From: Bugula neritina
Lineage: Eukaryota > Animalia > Bryozoa
Direction of reading: 5' to 3'
DNA length: 64,000 bases
Assembly: GCA_964035545.1 (NCBI GenBank)
Contig: OZ037770.1
Span: 9,058,973-9,122,972, forward strand
In this document: positions 63,926 through 64,000 of the stretch, piece by piece
How the letters are laid out: the number at the start of each line of letters is the position of its first letter
How positions within the stretch are numbered: position 1 is the first letter of the stretch
The notes under the pieces: model-generated
The model's database searches: none
Told to the model about the DNA's origin: nothing
What the model saw: only the letters and a program-made list of their open reading frames with translations
Position numbers and translations under genes: made by a program

Positions 63926-64000
63926 AGAAAGCCCTACTTTCTGATAACACAGATACAGTTAATACTAAGACATAAAACGTTACAAAAACTATAGAACTGA

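Overview
AT-rich, intron-containing animal (invertebrate-like) genomic DNA; the taxon cannot be fixed from the sequence. Exon chains were assembled by hand from GT-AG sites with consistent phases. Left to right: the probable first coding exon of a second transporter paralog running off the left edge; an 11-exon SLC16/MCT (MCT8/MCT10-like) gene (-) head-to-head with a 4-exon SNX3/12 gene (+); a NUBP2/Cfd1 gene with an intronless CDS (-) head-to-head with a 14-exon, ~682-aa helical orphan gene, possibly a divergent Gemin4 (+); a Costars-domain ABRA-like gene (-); and a tandem duplication of a RING/B-box/B-box/coiled-coil/NHL-like beta-propeller TRIM gene (-). TRIM copy A has an in-frame TGA upstream of the propeller. 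Copy B carries, ~20 nt before the propeller exon acceptor, a 3.8-kb palindromic Penelope-like retroelement (13-bp TSD) with a minimal hammerhead ribozyme in each arm, one in the sense of the host pre-mRNA. Also present: RTE-LINE fragments, tRNA-derived SINE-like heads, several MITEs (some with empty sites visible in the paralog), an LTR with polypurine tract at the right edge, mini/microsatellites, and a recurring tandem duplication of exon-end/splice-donor sequence.
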